Virus record (IMG/VR): IMGVR_UViG_3300037520_000542
Coordinates: 1-60,354 of that record
Direction: 5' to 3' (one strand)
Length of the DNA stretch: 60,354 nt
Source: a virus
Taxonomy: Duplodnaviria; Caudoviricetes
This document shows, in pieces, positions 44,913-54,462 of this stretch. A model generated the notes under the pieces. It saw only the letters and a list, made by a program, of their open reading frames with translations, did no database searches and was not told the DNA's origin. Position 1 is the first letter of the stretch. Each line of letters starts with the position of its first letter. Both the position numbers and the translations under genes were made by a program.

Positions 44913-47201
44913 ATGCCCCTCTCCCCACGCACCCTCCGACCGGCGAGCAGCGGCTTCAACCCCCGCCAGATCAGCGGCCTCGCGCTGTGGCTGGACGGCG
45001 CGGATGCTTCGTCTCTCTACACCACCGATGCCGGGCCGGTGAGTGCGGTGAGTTCGCCGACGGAGATCAGCGGGTGCGTGCTGTGGCTGGATGGCGCAGA
45101 CAACGCAACCATCACGGCAAGCGGCGGGCTTGTCAGCCAGTGGACTGACAAGAGCGCGTCCGGCGCAGTCCTTCAGGCATCCGGCTCGGCAAGACCAACC
45201 CTGTCCAGCACCGGCTTCAACGGCAGGCAAGCGTTGATGTTCAACGGCACTTCGACAAACATGGCGTCGGTGTCCGCGTACACCGCGACGAATGGGCTGT
45301 CTGGAATGACGCGGATAGCCGTGTGCCAGAACGCAAACACAAACGCATGTGTCGCCCGAGTCTGGAATGGCGGCAGCGATATGTTTATGGTGATGAACGG
45401 AAGTTGGAGATCGCCGGTTGATCCAGCGGGCGGAACAAACTTCGCATCATCAACCACCTTCTCAGCCTCAAGTTCCCTCCCGGCTGGCGTCTACGCTGAC
45501 GTATTTGCATCGTCTGCCATTACGCAGTACGGATTTGGGTCTTCCGCCACAACAACAGTCAATGGCACAATCCCGTCTGTGACTGGATCGGGAACTCCGA
45601 CACTCCATGTCGGCAGCAACATCGGGGCGAACTTCTTCTGGAGCGGCCCGGTTGCCGAAGTCATCTACTTCAGCCGCGCATTGACTCGCGCAGAGTTGGC
45701 CCGCGTCGAATCCTACCTCGCCGCCAAGTGGGGCATCAGCGGCGTCCACGCACAGGCCACCGCGACCAGCGATCCGGTGGGGTACTGGGGGGACAAGAGT
45801 GGGAACGCGAGGCACGCGGTGCAGGCGACGGCGGGGAGTCGGCCGACCGTGAGTGCGACGGCACTCAACGGCAAGAGGCAACTCAGCCTTTTATCACAGC
45901 ACCTTCGCGGGCCATCCACAACGTGGGCAGGCAGCGCGTCGATCTACTGGGTCGGCAAGACGGGTAATGCGTCGAACGGCGCGTTTGTTTTTTCAGACAG
46001 TACGACTGACCAGACGGATGGATTCCAGGCAGGGTGGTTGAACACGCAAGGCGTAGGCGCGTATGGAAATGGCTGGCAGGCCGGTTTGGCCCCCCGCGCC
46101 GAGTCGCCCTCTGCTTGGAGAAACGCCGACATTGTCGCCGGCATCACGCTTTCGTCCACCGAAGCGATTGCCCGCGTCAACGGCGCAACGACAAGCACTA
46201 CGGCAGCGTTGACCGGAACGCTCTCACAATCGGCGGCGGCGCAGTTCTACGTCGGGCGAGACGGCGCGAATGTCTGGAATAACCTCAATGGGTCGTTGGC
46301 TGAACTGCTGATCTACCAACCTGCACTCAACGCATCGCAGAGGTTGAGGCTGGAGAGATACTTAGCCTCCAAGTGGGGCATCACGCTCGCCCCGCAAGTC
46401 GCCAACGCCGACGCGCAGGATTGGGTCAACCGCGTCTACGCCAACGGCGGCACGGTGAGCGCCAGCACGGCGAGCGCGGTGAATACGTTCTGCAACGCGA
46501 TCGACGCGGCTGGGATTCGCTCGCTCATGTACCGTGCGAATCTCTTCTGCGGCACGGGCCTCAATGCCTGCCTCGTTCCGCTCTACAGAGGGCCGTCGCT
46601 TGGCGGCACGCAGTTTGGCAACACCGTTGACACCAACGTCGGCCCGTTCGTCAGCGGGGACTACGCGGAGACAACGGGCCTCGCGGCTGGCTCTGGCAAG
46701 TATCTCCGCACTGGGCTGACGCAGGCAAACGTCGGAGTCGCCAGCCATCTCGCGTTCTACGATTGCGTCAAGGCCACTAACGCCTACGCGAACAGAATCG
46801 GATCGCGTGGTGCCGGCGATACGCATGAGCATGCGATTACGAATCTTGATGTCGCAACGTCGATGGATTACGCATCGTCGGCCACTGCCGGAACCGGGCG
46901 CGCAAGAACAACTGGATACACGCAAGCGGGTGCGTTCTGGCTCGGCGTCAATCCCTCCGCAACGTCTGCGATCCTCTACAGAAACGGCGTGTCGGCGGCC
47001 ACTTCAACGCCATCGGCTCGCACCGCACAGAACCTTGAGTATTGGGCGTTTGCCCTAAATAACAACGGAACGCTGGACTCCAGTCAGACGACGGGGCGGA
47101 GCGGTGGCTACAGCATCGGAACCGCGATGGATGCCACCCAAGTCGCCGCCTACTACAACGCCATGCAGGCGTTCCAAACCGCCCTGACGAGGAATGCGTG
47201 A
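44913..47201 (+). CDS. LamG/concanavalin-like multi-domain protein (probable receptor-binding or adhesion protein)
   Basis: Repeated LWLDGAD, W.DKS, YLA.KWGI modules. Confidence 0.75.
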   Translation: MPLSPRTLRPASSGFNPRQISGLALWLDGADASSLYTTDAGPVSAVSSPTEISGCVLWLDGADNATITASGGLVSQWTDKSASGAVLQASGSARPTLSSTGFNGRQALMFNGTSTNMASVSAYTATNGLSGMTRIAVCQNANTNACVARVWNGGSDMFMVMNGSWRSPVDPAGGTNFASSTTFSASSSLPAGVYADVFASSAITQYGFGSSATTTVNGTIPSVTGSGTPTLHVGSNIGANFFWSGPVAEVIYFSRALTRAELARVESYLAAKWGISGVHAQATATSDPVGYWGDKSGNARHAVQATAGSRPTVSATALNGKRQLSLLSQHLRGPSTTWAGSASIYWVGKTGNASNGAFVFSDSTTDQTDGFQAGWLNTQGVGAYGNGWQAGLAPRAESPSAWRNADIVAGITLSSTEAIARVNGATTSTTAALTGTLSQSAAAQFYVGRDGANVWNNLNGSLAELLIYQPALNASQRLRLERYLASKWGITLAPQVANADAQDWVNRVYANGGTVSASTASAVNTFCNAIDAAGIRSLMYRANLFCGTGLNACLVPLYRGPSLGGTQFGNTVDTNVGPFVSGDYAETTGLAAGSGKYLRTGLTQANVGVASHLAFYDCVKATNAYANRIGSRGAGDTHEHAITNLDVATSMDYASSATAGTGRARTTGYTQAGAFWLGVNPSATSAILYRNGVSAATSTPSARTAQNLEYWAFALNNNGTLDSSQTTGRSGGYSIGTAMDATQVAAYYNAMQAFQTALTRNA

Positions 47202-47524
47202 TGTGGCTCTCTGACCTCTCCCTCCCCCTGCCCTACGCCGATTGCAAAGACCTCGCTCTCGTCTACCCCTACGAGGTCGCCGTCACGCTGTACGGCGTGC
47301 AGGAGGAGCATGGCGATCCGCGTCACGTTCCGGCTGGGCGGCAGTTGAGCGATGGCAGGTGGATGCTGTGCGGCGACGTTCTGAGCGAGGTCGGCGAGGG
47401 CGGGATTCTGGCGCAGGCGTTCGCCTACATGACGCCTGAGATCATGGCGCAGGTGGAGGTGCTGCCGATGAGCGAGGTGGCGGGGCTGGTGCCGAAGGAG
47501 GAGGCTGAGCCGCCCGCTTCCTAA
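47198..47524 (+). CDS. Hypothetical protein (108 aa)
   Basis: Coupled to the LamG gene. Confidence 0.65.
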   Translation: MMWLSDLSLPLPYADCKDLALVYPYEVAVTLYGVQEEHGDPRHVPAGRQLSDGRWMLCGDVLSEVGEGGILAQAFAYMTPEIMAQVEVLPMSEVAGLVPKEEAEPPAS

Positions 47525-47529
47525 GTGGC

Positions 47530-48072
47530 GTGGCCCGCCAGCGTGCAAGGATGCACCTGACAGAGGCACAACAACTGCTGGCCGAAGAGGCTATGGCTGT
47601 CGTGCCAAAAGCCATCATCGCCTTTCGCTGTCGATACCCGTCACTGCGGAAGCCGCTGCGACAGATCGACTCCACGAGCGTGGCCTATCTCGCCATCTGC
47701 CGTGCCGCCACGACGTACAACCCGGACGTGAGCAAGGTCACGACCTACTTCTCGATGGCGATTCGCAACGCCCTGCTCAAGGAGATCGACCGCAATCGCA
47801 GGGCACGGTACGACTCGCCGGACAGGGTGCCGATGGAGTTGGCGGAGGCTCTCGCCATTGCACCGCATAGCATGGCAACGAAACTCCAGACTGCCATCGC
47901 ACGCCTGCCCGGCAAGTACCGGAAACTGATTCACATGCGGTACTACAAGGGGCTGAGCCTGCGGGAGATTGGCGAACACGCACGCTGTGACCCACGCACC
48001 ATTAGGCGGAGACTCGCCGCCGCTTTGGAGGTGCTTGGAACTCTTTTGGGAAGCGAGCCGCTGCTGCCTTGA
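47530..48072 (+). CDS. Sigma-70 family sigma factor (regions 2 and 4 only)
   Basis: AICRAATTYNPD.SKVTTY...IRNAL; IARLPGKYRKLIHMRYYKGLSLREIG. Confidence 0.85.
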   Translation: MARQRARMHLTEAQQLLAEEAMAVVPKAIIAFRCRYPSLRKPLRQIDSTSVAYLAICRAATTYNPDVSKVTTYFSMAIRNALLKEIDRNRRARYDSPDRVPMELAEALAIAPHSMATKLQTAIARLPGKYRKLIHMRYYKGLSLREIGEHARCDPRTIRRRLAAALEVLGTLLGSEPLLP

Positions 48073-48739
48073 GGGCACGGGTGATGGAGTTGATGTTCCA
48101 TCGCTTCCCGTTGGTGCGCCGCTCTCCCCAGAACGCCAGCGTGATCCGCTCCAGACTCTTGCCATCACTCCGCATGGCGACCATGCGTTCCACCTGAGCC
48201 CGCTCGTACGGGTCCGGCAGGTAGTAGGAGTCCTTCTTGGTGCCGATCTTCTTCCAGCCGATGGGGGCATGGGGGTTGATGGGCTTGCCGCTTCGCCGCT
48301 TCTGGCCCAGACCGTTGCGGGTGCGCTCCCGGATGAACTCTCGCTCCAGTTCTGCGAACGCCGCCATGATGGTGAACACGCACCGGCCAATGGGCGTGCC
48401 GCTGTCGAGCCCGATGTCGAGGGACGTGAACGACACGCCCTTCGCCTGCAACAGCATCATCGTGTGGACGAAGTCGTATGACGAGCGGAACGCACGGTCG
48501 AGTTTCGCCCACACGATCCTGTCTCCGGGCTGCACGAGAGCCCATAGCCCCCGCCCCTTGTCCCGCTCAAACATCTGCGTGCTGCCAGAGGTGGCGGCGT
48601 CGTACATCCAGCCGCCGTACTCGTAGCCCTGCGGCTTGAGCGAGCGGTCAACGTACTCCTCGCAGGCAGAACGCTGGGCATCTTCCGTGACCGCCTGCTT
48701 GTCGGTCGAGGCCCGTCCGTAGCAATAAACAGTAGGCAT
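48002..48739 (-). CDS. Serine recombinase (resolvase domain plus short C-terminal domain)
   Basis: YGRASTDKQ, SG, VWAKLDRAFRS, AAFAELEREFIRERT. Confidence 0.92.
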   Translation of the reverse strand: MPTVYCYGRASTDKQAVTEDAQRSACEEYVDRSLKPQGYEYGGWMYDAATSGSTQMFERDKGRGLWALVQPGDRIVWAKLDRAFRSSYDFVHTMMLLQAKGVSFTSLDIGLDSGTPIGRCVFTIMAAFAELEREFIRERTRNGLGQKRRSGKPINPHAPIGWKKIGTKKDSYYLPDPYERAQVERMVAMRSDGKSLERITLAFWGERRTNGKRWNINSITRALKAAAARFPKEFQAPPKRRRVSA

Positions 48740-48754
48740 GATGAATCTCCTGTG

Positions 48755-48961
48755 TCACGAGGGATACCAGTACCAGAGGGCATAGATCAGCACCCACCAG
48801 CCGGGTGCGATATGGAACGATGCCTCTGGGTAACTCATGGTGTAGGCCGCAAATGCCATGACGCAGATGCGGAGGAAGGTGAAGAATGGCGTGTCGTGGT
48901 AGCCCCACATCTGCTCCCACCGCTCGCGAACTGTGAATCGACCGTACTTGTAGTCCCACAT
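48755..48961 (-). CDS. Small membrane protein (68 aa)
   Basis: Two hydrophobic segments; RBS GGAGG. Confidence 0.6.
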   Translation of the reverse strand: MWDYKYGRFTVRERWEQMWGYHDTPFFTFLRICVMAFAAYTMSYPEASFHIAPGWWVLIYALWYWYPS

Positions 48962-48963
48962 GG

Positions 48964-49896
48964 TCAAGCCTCCGGGCCGGGAATATGGATCGAGCCAAGC
49001 ACCCACTCAACGACGCCGTTCAGGGCGTCCTTGCCGCACTTCCACCTCGCCACTGTCCTGCCGTTCTCGTAGGCAAAGTATTGCGAGTGGCGTGGACTGT
49101 AGTCCCCGTCAACGTGATGAAACGCACGAGACTCATCGCTGTGCATGGCAGCGGAGACGACGAGCCGCCTGCCGTCCTTCGTTCGGGTCGGAGGAAGGCA
49201 GACTTGCAGGCTCAGTCGCTTGTCGTACAGCCCCTCGCCTCCGTGCAGGAGTTGCACGACTGCCATCGGCCCGTCAGCCAGCCGCTTCCGCAAGTCGGCA
49301 GCGAACCGCACCGAGCGGGCCTGAAACTTGGGGTACAGTTTCGTCCAGTTGTTATGGCCCGCCCGCCAATGCTTAGTGGCAGGCCGTGTTACGGCTGGCA
49401 GCATTACCCACGAACCGGGAATCCGGTGTTCTTTGTTGGAGAACACGACGGGCTGCTGGCCTAAGACTCCCGTGCTGGTCACACGATAGCCAACGTGATC
49501 GCTGTCCGTCAGCCGGTGCTTCGGGTCGTGAGGCGTGAACACGCCGACGTACCTTCGCCACACCTTGATGCAGGCCCGCTCAAGCCGAGAGTTGTTGCGG
49601 GCCTTGCCAACCCCATGCACGACGTACCCGGTGTCGCCGTCTGACATTGAGTACACGGTGGCGAGCGTGATGAATCGGGATTCGTCAGGCCCGCCAGCCC
49701 TGCGGAGACTCCCGAACCACCGAATCTCGTAGCCGTTGACCAGAGTGCCTGCCGACGACACGGTCACGCCGCCGTACAGCGTGCAGGGCGGGCGTCGTGG
49801 TGCGCTTCGGTGCTTCTTCTGGTGGCGGAGAAGCCGCCGCTCGATGTCGGAGTAGGTAAGAATCTTTTGCTTGAGTTTCTTACGTCGCTTCGCCAT
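48964..49896 (-). CDS. Basic hypothetical protein (310 aa)
   Basis: RBS AGGAGG before MAKRRKK. Confidence 0.7.
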   Translation of the reverse strand: MAKRRKKLKQKILTYSDIERRLLRHQKKHRSAPRRPPCTLYGGVTVSSAGTLVNGYEIRWFGSLRRAGGPDESRFITLATVYSMSDGDTGYVVHGVGKARNNSRLERACIKVWRRYVGVFTPHDPKHRLTDSDHVGYRVTSTGVLGQQPVVFSNKEHRIPGSWVMLPAVTRPATKHWRAGHNNWTKLYPKFQARSVRFAADLRKRLADGPMAVVQLLHGGEGLYDKRLSLQVCLPPTRTKDGRRLVVSAAMHSDESRAFHHVDGDYSPRHSQYFAYENGRTVARWKCGKDALNGVVEWVLGSIHIPGPEA

Positions 49897-49897
49897 G

Positions 49898-51358
49898 TCA
49901 CGCCTCCTGCGTGTTGAGGACAACGGTGCGGCACCAAGACGGGATTGCCTTGTGCCACTGCGATCCGACCCTGCCCGTGTATGCCACGACGACACGGGCA
50001 CGGGGCTTCTCGCTCCGCCAATGCGTCTCGGCGTCGGTGATGAGGACGATGGAGTCAGGCCGGTCGGCCTTGTCCACCTCCGCAACGGCGGTCGCCATGT
50101 CGGTGCCACCGCCGCCGTGCCAGTCGAACGTGCGGGCGTTGGTCACGGTGGCGTGCGACTGCACCTTCGTGTCGGCGCAGTACACCTTGACCCTGCCCAA
50201 CTTCCGCAGCCCCTGAGCGATCACCGACAACGCACGGGCGTGGATGTCGGTGGTCATCATGGACGCACTCGTGTCCACGATCACGACAGCGTGCGGCTGC
50301 ACCGTGATGCGACCGTGCAGCAGCGGCTGGTCATCGCCGGGCGGCTGCTTCTTGGATCGCCTGCGGTGCGAGAAGTCCCGCCCGCCGACAGGCGATGCCA
50401 CGCTGGTGCAGACGGCAGACCGCAGTTGGGCGAACGGGTCCGGCGTCGGGTGGAGCCGGGCCTTGATCGCCGCCTTGATGCTGCCGGGAACCGAGCCGGG
50501 ATTGTCGGACTCGTACTTCTCGACAGCCGCTGCGGCTATGTCCTGACCGTACGTTTCCCACGAGCCGTCGCTTTCGACTTCGTACCTGCGGGGGACGCCG
50601 TCCGCACACGAGCCGCCCGAGCCGGGCGAGCATGGGCTGCGTCCAGCAGGGCCGTCGTCATGTCCAGCAGCCCCGTTCCCGTTGGCTTGCCCGTTGGTGG
50701 AGTCGTCGTCGCCCCCTTCGCCAGCGCCTCCCTGCGAATCGCCTTCGCCATCTTCGGGTTCGCCATCACCATCACCTCCCCGTCCGCCAGTGCCCCTGTC
50801 TCCACCAGCGTCATCTTCACCGTCCCCGTCATTGCCTTGCGAGTCATCGTCGCTCTCCTGCTGCTGGGTGTTGCTGCCGCTCTCGTCCTGCGGCGGCTTG
50901 GGAAGCCGGTCAAGGATGAGCCTGTAGTATTCCTGCATCGACTTGTTCGCCGGGAAGTCGAGCGTAATCCCCATCGAGGGAACTTGACACCCGAGATGCA
51001 CGGCACCGTCTGGTCGCAGGTGACGCATGTGGGCGAGCGTCTGCTCGATCACAAGGTCGGCTGCGAGGTTGAGGATGAACTGCTGCTGGGGCGTGGGGTT
51101 GGGCACCATCTCCCTTGCACGGGCATGATGCTCAAAGATGAGGTGCAGTACCTCGTGCGTGACGAGGTACGCCCCTTGATCCACGCCGATCTTGGAGATG
51201 AAGTTGGCATCCCAGTACAGGTTGCCAGCGTCATCGACCGCAGCGGTCCCGATGCCGGGAGTCTCACGCTCCCGGAGTGAGTAGATGTACGAGGCGAGGT
51301 ACGGGACGTACTCAAAGGTACGAACCCGTGCCTGTCCGAGCAGTTGTCGTGGGGTCAT
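49898..51358 (-). CDS. DUF2201-like metallopeptidase plus VWA domain protein
   Basis: HEVLH zinc motif, acidic Gly linker, VDTSASM MIDAS, GGGGTD, LITD. Confidence 0.88.
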   Translation of the reverse strand: MTPRQLLGQARVRTFEYVPYLASYIYSLRERETPGIGTAAVDDAGNLYWDANFISKIGVDQGAYLVTHEVLHLIFEHHARAREMVPNPTPQQQFILNLAADLVIEQTLAHMRHLRPDGAVHLGCQVPSMGITLDFPANKSMQEYYRLILDRLPKPPQDESGSNTQQQESDDDSQGNDGDGEDDAGGDRGTGGRGGDGDGEPEDGEGDSQGGAGEGGDDDSTNGQANGNGAAGHDDGPAGRSPCSPGSGGSCADGVPRRYEVESDGSWETYGQDIAAAAVEKYESDNPGSVPGSIKAAIKARLHPTPDPFAQLRSAVCTSVASPVGGRDFSHRRRSKKQPPGDDQPLLHGRITVQPHAVVIVDTSASMMTTDIHARALSVIAQGLRKLGRVKVYCADTKVQSHATVTNARTFDWHGGGGTDMATAVAEVDKADRPDSIVLITDAETHWRSEKPRARVVVAYTGRVGSQWHKAIPSWCRTVVLNTQEA

Positions 51359-51570
51359 GTGTCTCTCCCGTGAGGGGGTTGGGGAATGTCGGCCCATGAA
51401 TCAACGTCGCTGAGGCGTCGATGCGTGGGCAAGTCGTCGGGGACAAAGTAGTCGCCGTTCCAGAGTGCGATCTGGACGTACCCGTGCGAGCGTGCCACGA
51501 GGTAGCGGCCGACCTTGATGGGGACTTTGCCGTAGTCGGGCTGAAAGAGATTCCAAATCATTTCTTGCAT
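51355..51570 (-). CDS. Hypothetical protein (71 aa, DUF551-like)
   Basis: GRYLV...W.G..F....VDSWADIPQPP. Confidence 0.6.
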   Translation of the reverse strand: MQEMIWNLFQPDYGKVPIKVGRYLVARSHGYVQIALWNGDYFVPDDLPTHRRLSDVDSWADIPQPPHGRDT

Positions 51571-51589
51571 GCTCCTGTTTCCTGTGGGG

Positions 51590-52705
51590 TCACGACTGAA
51601 CCAGAGCCATCAACTTACCGAGTGTCTCCTTCGGCGGGGTCCAGCCATCGGGCCGCACGCCACCGTCCTTGACCGGCTTCCAGAAGGACTTGAACTGCAT
51701 GAGGAAGGACTCGATCTCGTGCGAGCCGACCTCGATGAACGCCTCAGCAGCCCGCGTCCACCGCTCCTTCGTCGGGTTGGCACGCAGGCACTTCACGATG
51801 CCGGTGAGCAGGCAGATGTTGGCGTCCGGCCTGTTCTCGTAGGTGTAGTTCACGCTGCCGGACAGGAACTCCTCCGGGTTGAGCAGGTCGAGTTTCTGTG
51901 CGTACTGGAGGAACATCGACGCATGCTCAGTGCCGACCGCACCCGCACACAGCGTGCGGTAGATGGGGTCTTTGCGTTCCTTCCGCCACTCATACCCGCA
52001 GGCTTCGGCCGCAGCACAGACCTTGACGAGGTACGTCCACGTTCGCGGGTTGGGAAACGAGAGCGTCTCGTCATCCTGCGGCAACTTCTCAAGGGCATCG
52101 GGTGCCGACCGAAGGAACGCCTCGACCAGCGACCCGAACTGCGGGAGCATGTCAGCCCAGTGATCGGGCACGACCGGAAAGGACGGTGCCGTCCACTCGC
52201 AGCCAGCCCGCAGGCCAGAGAACCAGTGTTCGCGATCCACCTCCCAGTCGAAGTGAACGAACCGCGACCGCATCGCAGGCGACAGCGGCACTGCGTTGGG
52301 GCACAGTTCGGGCGGGTTCATGGCACCCACCATGAGCGTGGATGCGGGCATCTGGTAGCCGCCGACACGACGTTCGGTGAGGACCGAGAGCAGGCCAGCC
52401 TGCGTGGCAGACGGGACGTTCGTCACCTCGTCCACCACAACGAGGGCACGACCGTCCTTCGTCTTGTCCCACAGTTCGGTGGGCAGCATGCGAACCACCC
52501 CAGCCTTGTGGTCGGGGGTGGGGTAGCCCGAGAAATCTTCGGGCAGGTGAGTGGCACCGAGCAGGGGGACGAACGTCCGCTCCAGTGCAGCACACAGTGC
52601 CTCCAGAGAGGACGACTTGCCGACGCCGGTGCCGCCGCGAAACAGGACGGGAGCCACCTGAAGGGCGAGGAAGCCGGGCGTGTTTCCAAGATTGACGCGA
52701 GCCAT
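51590..52705 (-). CDS. MoxR-like AAA+ ATPase
   Basis: GGTGVGKS, VVDE, GAMNP, AMRSRF, NPRTW. Confidence 0.9.
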   Translation of the reverse strand: MARVNLGNTPGFLALQVAPVLFRGGTGVGKSSSLEALCAALERTFVPLLGATHLPEDFSGYPTPDHKAGVVRMLPTELWDKTKDGRALVVVDEVTNVPSATQAGLLSVLTERRVGGYQMPASTLMVGAMNPPELCPNAVPLSPAMRSRFVHFDWEVDREHWFSGLRAGCEWTAPSFPVVPDHWADMLPQFGSLVEAFLRSAPDALEKLPQDDETLSFPNPRTWTYLVKVCAAAEACGYEWRKERKDPIYRTLCAGAVGTEHASMFLQYAQKLDLLNPEEFLSGSVNYTYENRPDANICLLTGIVKCLRANPTKERWTRAAEAFIEVGSHEIESFLMQFKSFWKPVKDGGVRPDGWTPPKETLGKLMALVQS

Positions 52706-52815
52706 GATGAAGATGCTCCTCAGTAGGGGAACCAATAGGACAGGGGGAGGGGCAGCACGATGCTACCCCTTCCCCCTGAGAACCAGACTCCGCAGCGGGA
52801 AAACTGCGGGGAAAA

Positions 52816-53178
52816 CTAGAAGCCGGTGCCGACGCAGACCGTGAACACCAGCGGCTGCTTGACGGGTGGCGGTGCCTGCTCGACGGGCTCGACCGCCACC
52901 GCATCCACGACGACGGGCTTGGGCACGACGAGGGCCGTTGACTTGGACTCCTCGATGCCCATGAGCCGCCGTCCCATGCGGGACTTCTTCCTCATGCCCT
53001 TGAGCAGGGGAAGAATGACGCCCCGCTTGGCGAGCGTCTCGATCCTGCCGTGCAGGGTGGAGATGTGCAGCCCTGTCACTTGGCAGAACTCACTGACCGT
53101 GATGCCGCTCTCCACTGCGTCGTGGTAGTCGCGGAGAAAACCGGAAACGTCAATCGTCAGGCGGCGCAACTTTCGCAT
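52816..53178 (-). CDS. Possible HTH DNA-binding protein (120 aa)
   Basis: TVSEFCQVTGLHISTLHGRI; RBS AGGAG. Confidence 0.55.
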   Translation of the reverse strand: MRKLRRLTIDVSGFLRDYHDAVESGITVSEFCQVTGLHISTLHGRIETLAKRGVILPLLKGMRKKSRMGRRLMGIEESKSTALVVPKPVVVDAVAVEPVEQAPPPVKQPLVFTVCVGTGF

Positions 53179-53207
53179 CGCAACTCTCCTTGTTGGGTGG
53201 GGAATCC

Positions 53208-54077
53208 TCAGACACTGGCAGACAGCAGGCGATGGACGGCGACCGCCTGCTTGGCCTGCTCGATGGCGTCGGTCAACTCGGGCATGTCCACGCCCATGAG
53301 TTGCCGATACTCATTGACCATTGACAGCAGCCGATTGGCACGACCGAGCCTCACCTTGATCGACCGCTCGCTGAACCCGTCCGTTGCGTTGGCGATGTCG
53401 TCCATGATCTCCGCCACGCCAGCCTTCACTGTCTCCCGCACCTTGCTCAGCACGTCGCCTGCCGTCTCCGGGTTGGCGTCGATGTCGAACGTGGTGAGGG
53501 TGAACAGCGGGCCACGCCCGTCGTCACGCAGGATGTCAGCGAACCTGCGGTACTTGTCGAGGTGCGACTCGCCAAGAAACCACACGCCGCCACCCTCCGC
53601 CATCGGCACCGCCTTCCACGATTGCAGGATGCGGACGGCAGTCCTGCTCACGATGGGGGCGGGCAGGTAGTCACGCAACTGCACGACGGCGGACTGAAGG
53701 GCGGGCTCCACGAACGCACTGTTGGCGTCGTGGTTGTGGGCCAGCACCGTCACCTTCCAGTTCGTGTCGATGGTCGCACTGAACAGGTGGTGGTACTCGT
53801 TGCGGTCGCCATTGGGCACGACCCGCACGCACTCAAAGTCGTTGCCATCGATGTGCTTTGCACTGATCGGCTGCTTCCGTCGCTTGCCGAACAGGCCGAT
53901 GCCGACGCCGTGCATGGCAAGGCGAAGGGTGGTCGTGACCGGCGGCTGAGTGGGCACGAACTTGCTGGCGTCAACGGCATCCGCCGCACGCTGCAACGTG
54001 TCACGCAGTGCAGTGCGGGTGTTGAGGATGCAGATGCCGCCGCAGCGGGAGCCAACGGACAGTGTCGTCGGGGTCAT
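53208..54077 (-). CDS. Hypothetical protein (289 aa)
   Basis: RBS AAGGAG; GGGVWF motif and helical C-terminus. Confidence 0.8.
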   Translation of the reverse strand: MTPTTLSVGSRCGGICILNTRTALRDTLQRAADAVDASKFVPTQPPVTTTLRLAMHGVGIGLFGKRRKQPISAKHIDGNDFECVRVVPNGDRNEYHHLFSATIDTNWKVTVLAHNHDANSAFVEPALQSAVVQLRDYLPAPIVSRTAVRILQSWKAVPMAEGGGVWFLGESHLDKYRRFADILRDDGRGPLFTLTTFDIDANPETAGDVLSKVRETVKAGVAEIMDDIANATDGFSERSIKVRLGRANRLLSMVNEYRQLMGVDMPELTDAIEQAKQAVAVHRLLSASV

Positions 54078-54089
54078 GGGTTGCTCCTT

Positions 54090-54266
54090 TCAGTGAGCGA
54101 TGAGTTGGGTGTGGGCCTTGACGAACCTGCGTTGCAGCGTGGTGAACGCCGCTGCCTGCTCTGGTTCATCGAACTGCTCACGGTCCTCCGCACTCTCGTG
54201 CAGTGCCGTGATGATGAGGTCGAGTTCCATCGGCGTGAGTGTCACGGTAGTAGTCGGGTGTGGCAT
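54090..54266 (-). CDS. Hypothetical protein (58 aa)
   Basis: RBS AAAGGA; VTLTPMELDLIITAL. Confidence 0.65.
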   Translation of the reverse strand: MPHPTTTVTLTPMELDLIITALHESAEDREQFDEPEQAAAFTTLQRRFVKAHTQLIAH

Positions 54267-54303
54267 ACCCGTCCTTTCGTGTGAGTGTACTAATGTGCAT
54301 GCG

Positions 54304-54462
54304 TTAGTCAATGGGCGTGACCGGCAGCGTGCCGTGCTGCCAGTCGTCGTCCGGGTCGGCGGCGACTCCCAAGTACACGACCACCTCCCCCGTTTCGCAC
54401 TCGTCGAACATTGCGTCCGGGAAGGTGGAGAGAACGTGATCCATCAGTTCCTTGAGCGTCAT
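54304..54462 (-). CDS. Acidic hypothetical protein (52 aa)
   Basis: RBS AAGGAG; MTLKELMDHV. Confidence 0.6.
   Translation of the reverse strand: MTLKELMDHVLSTFPDAMFDECETGEVVVYLGVAADPDDDWQHGTLPVTPID

Noticed and set aside
51236-51248. GACCGCAGCGGTC palindrome, and CCGCAGCGGGA near 54040, as extra motif copies
   Set aside because: Both lie inside coding sequence and lack the GACT flank and hairpin; plausible by chance at this GC content
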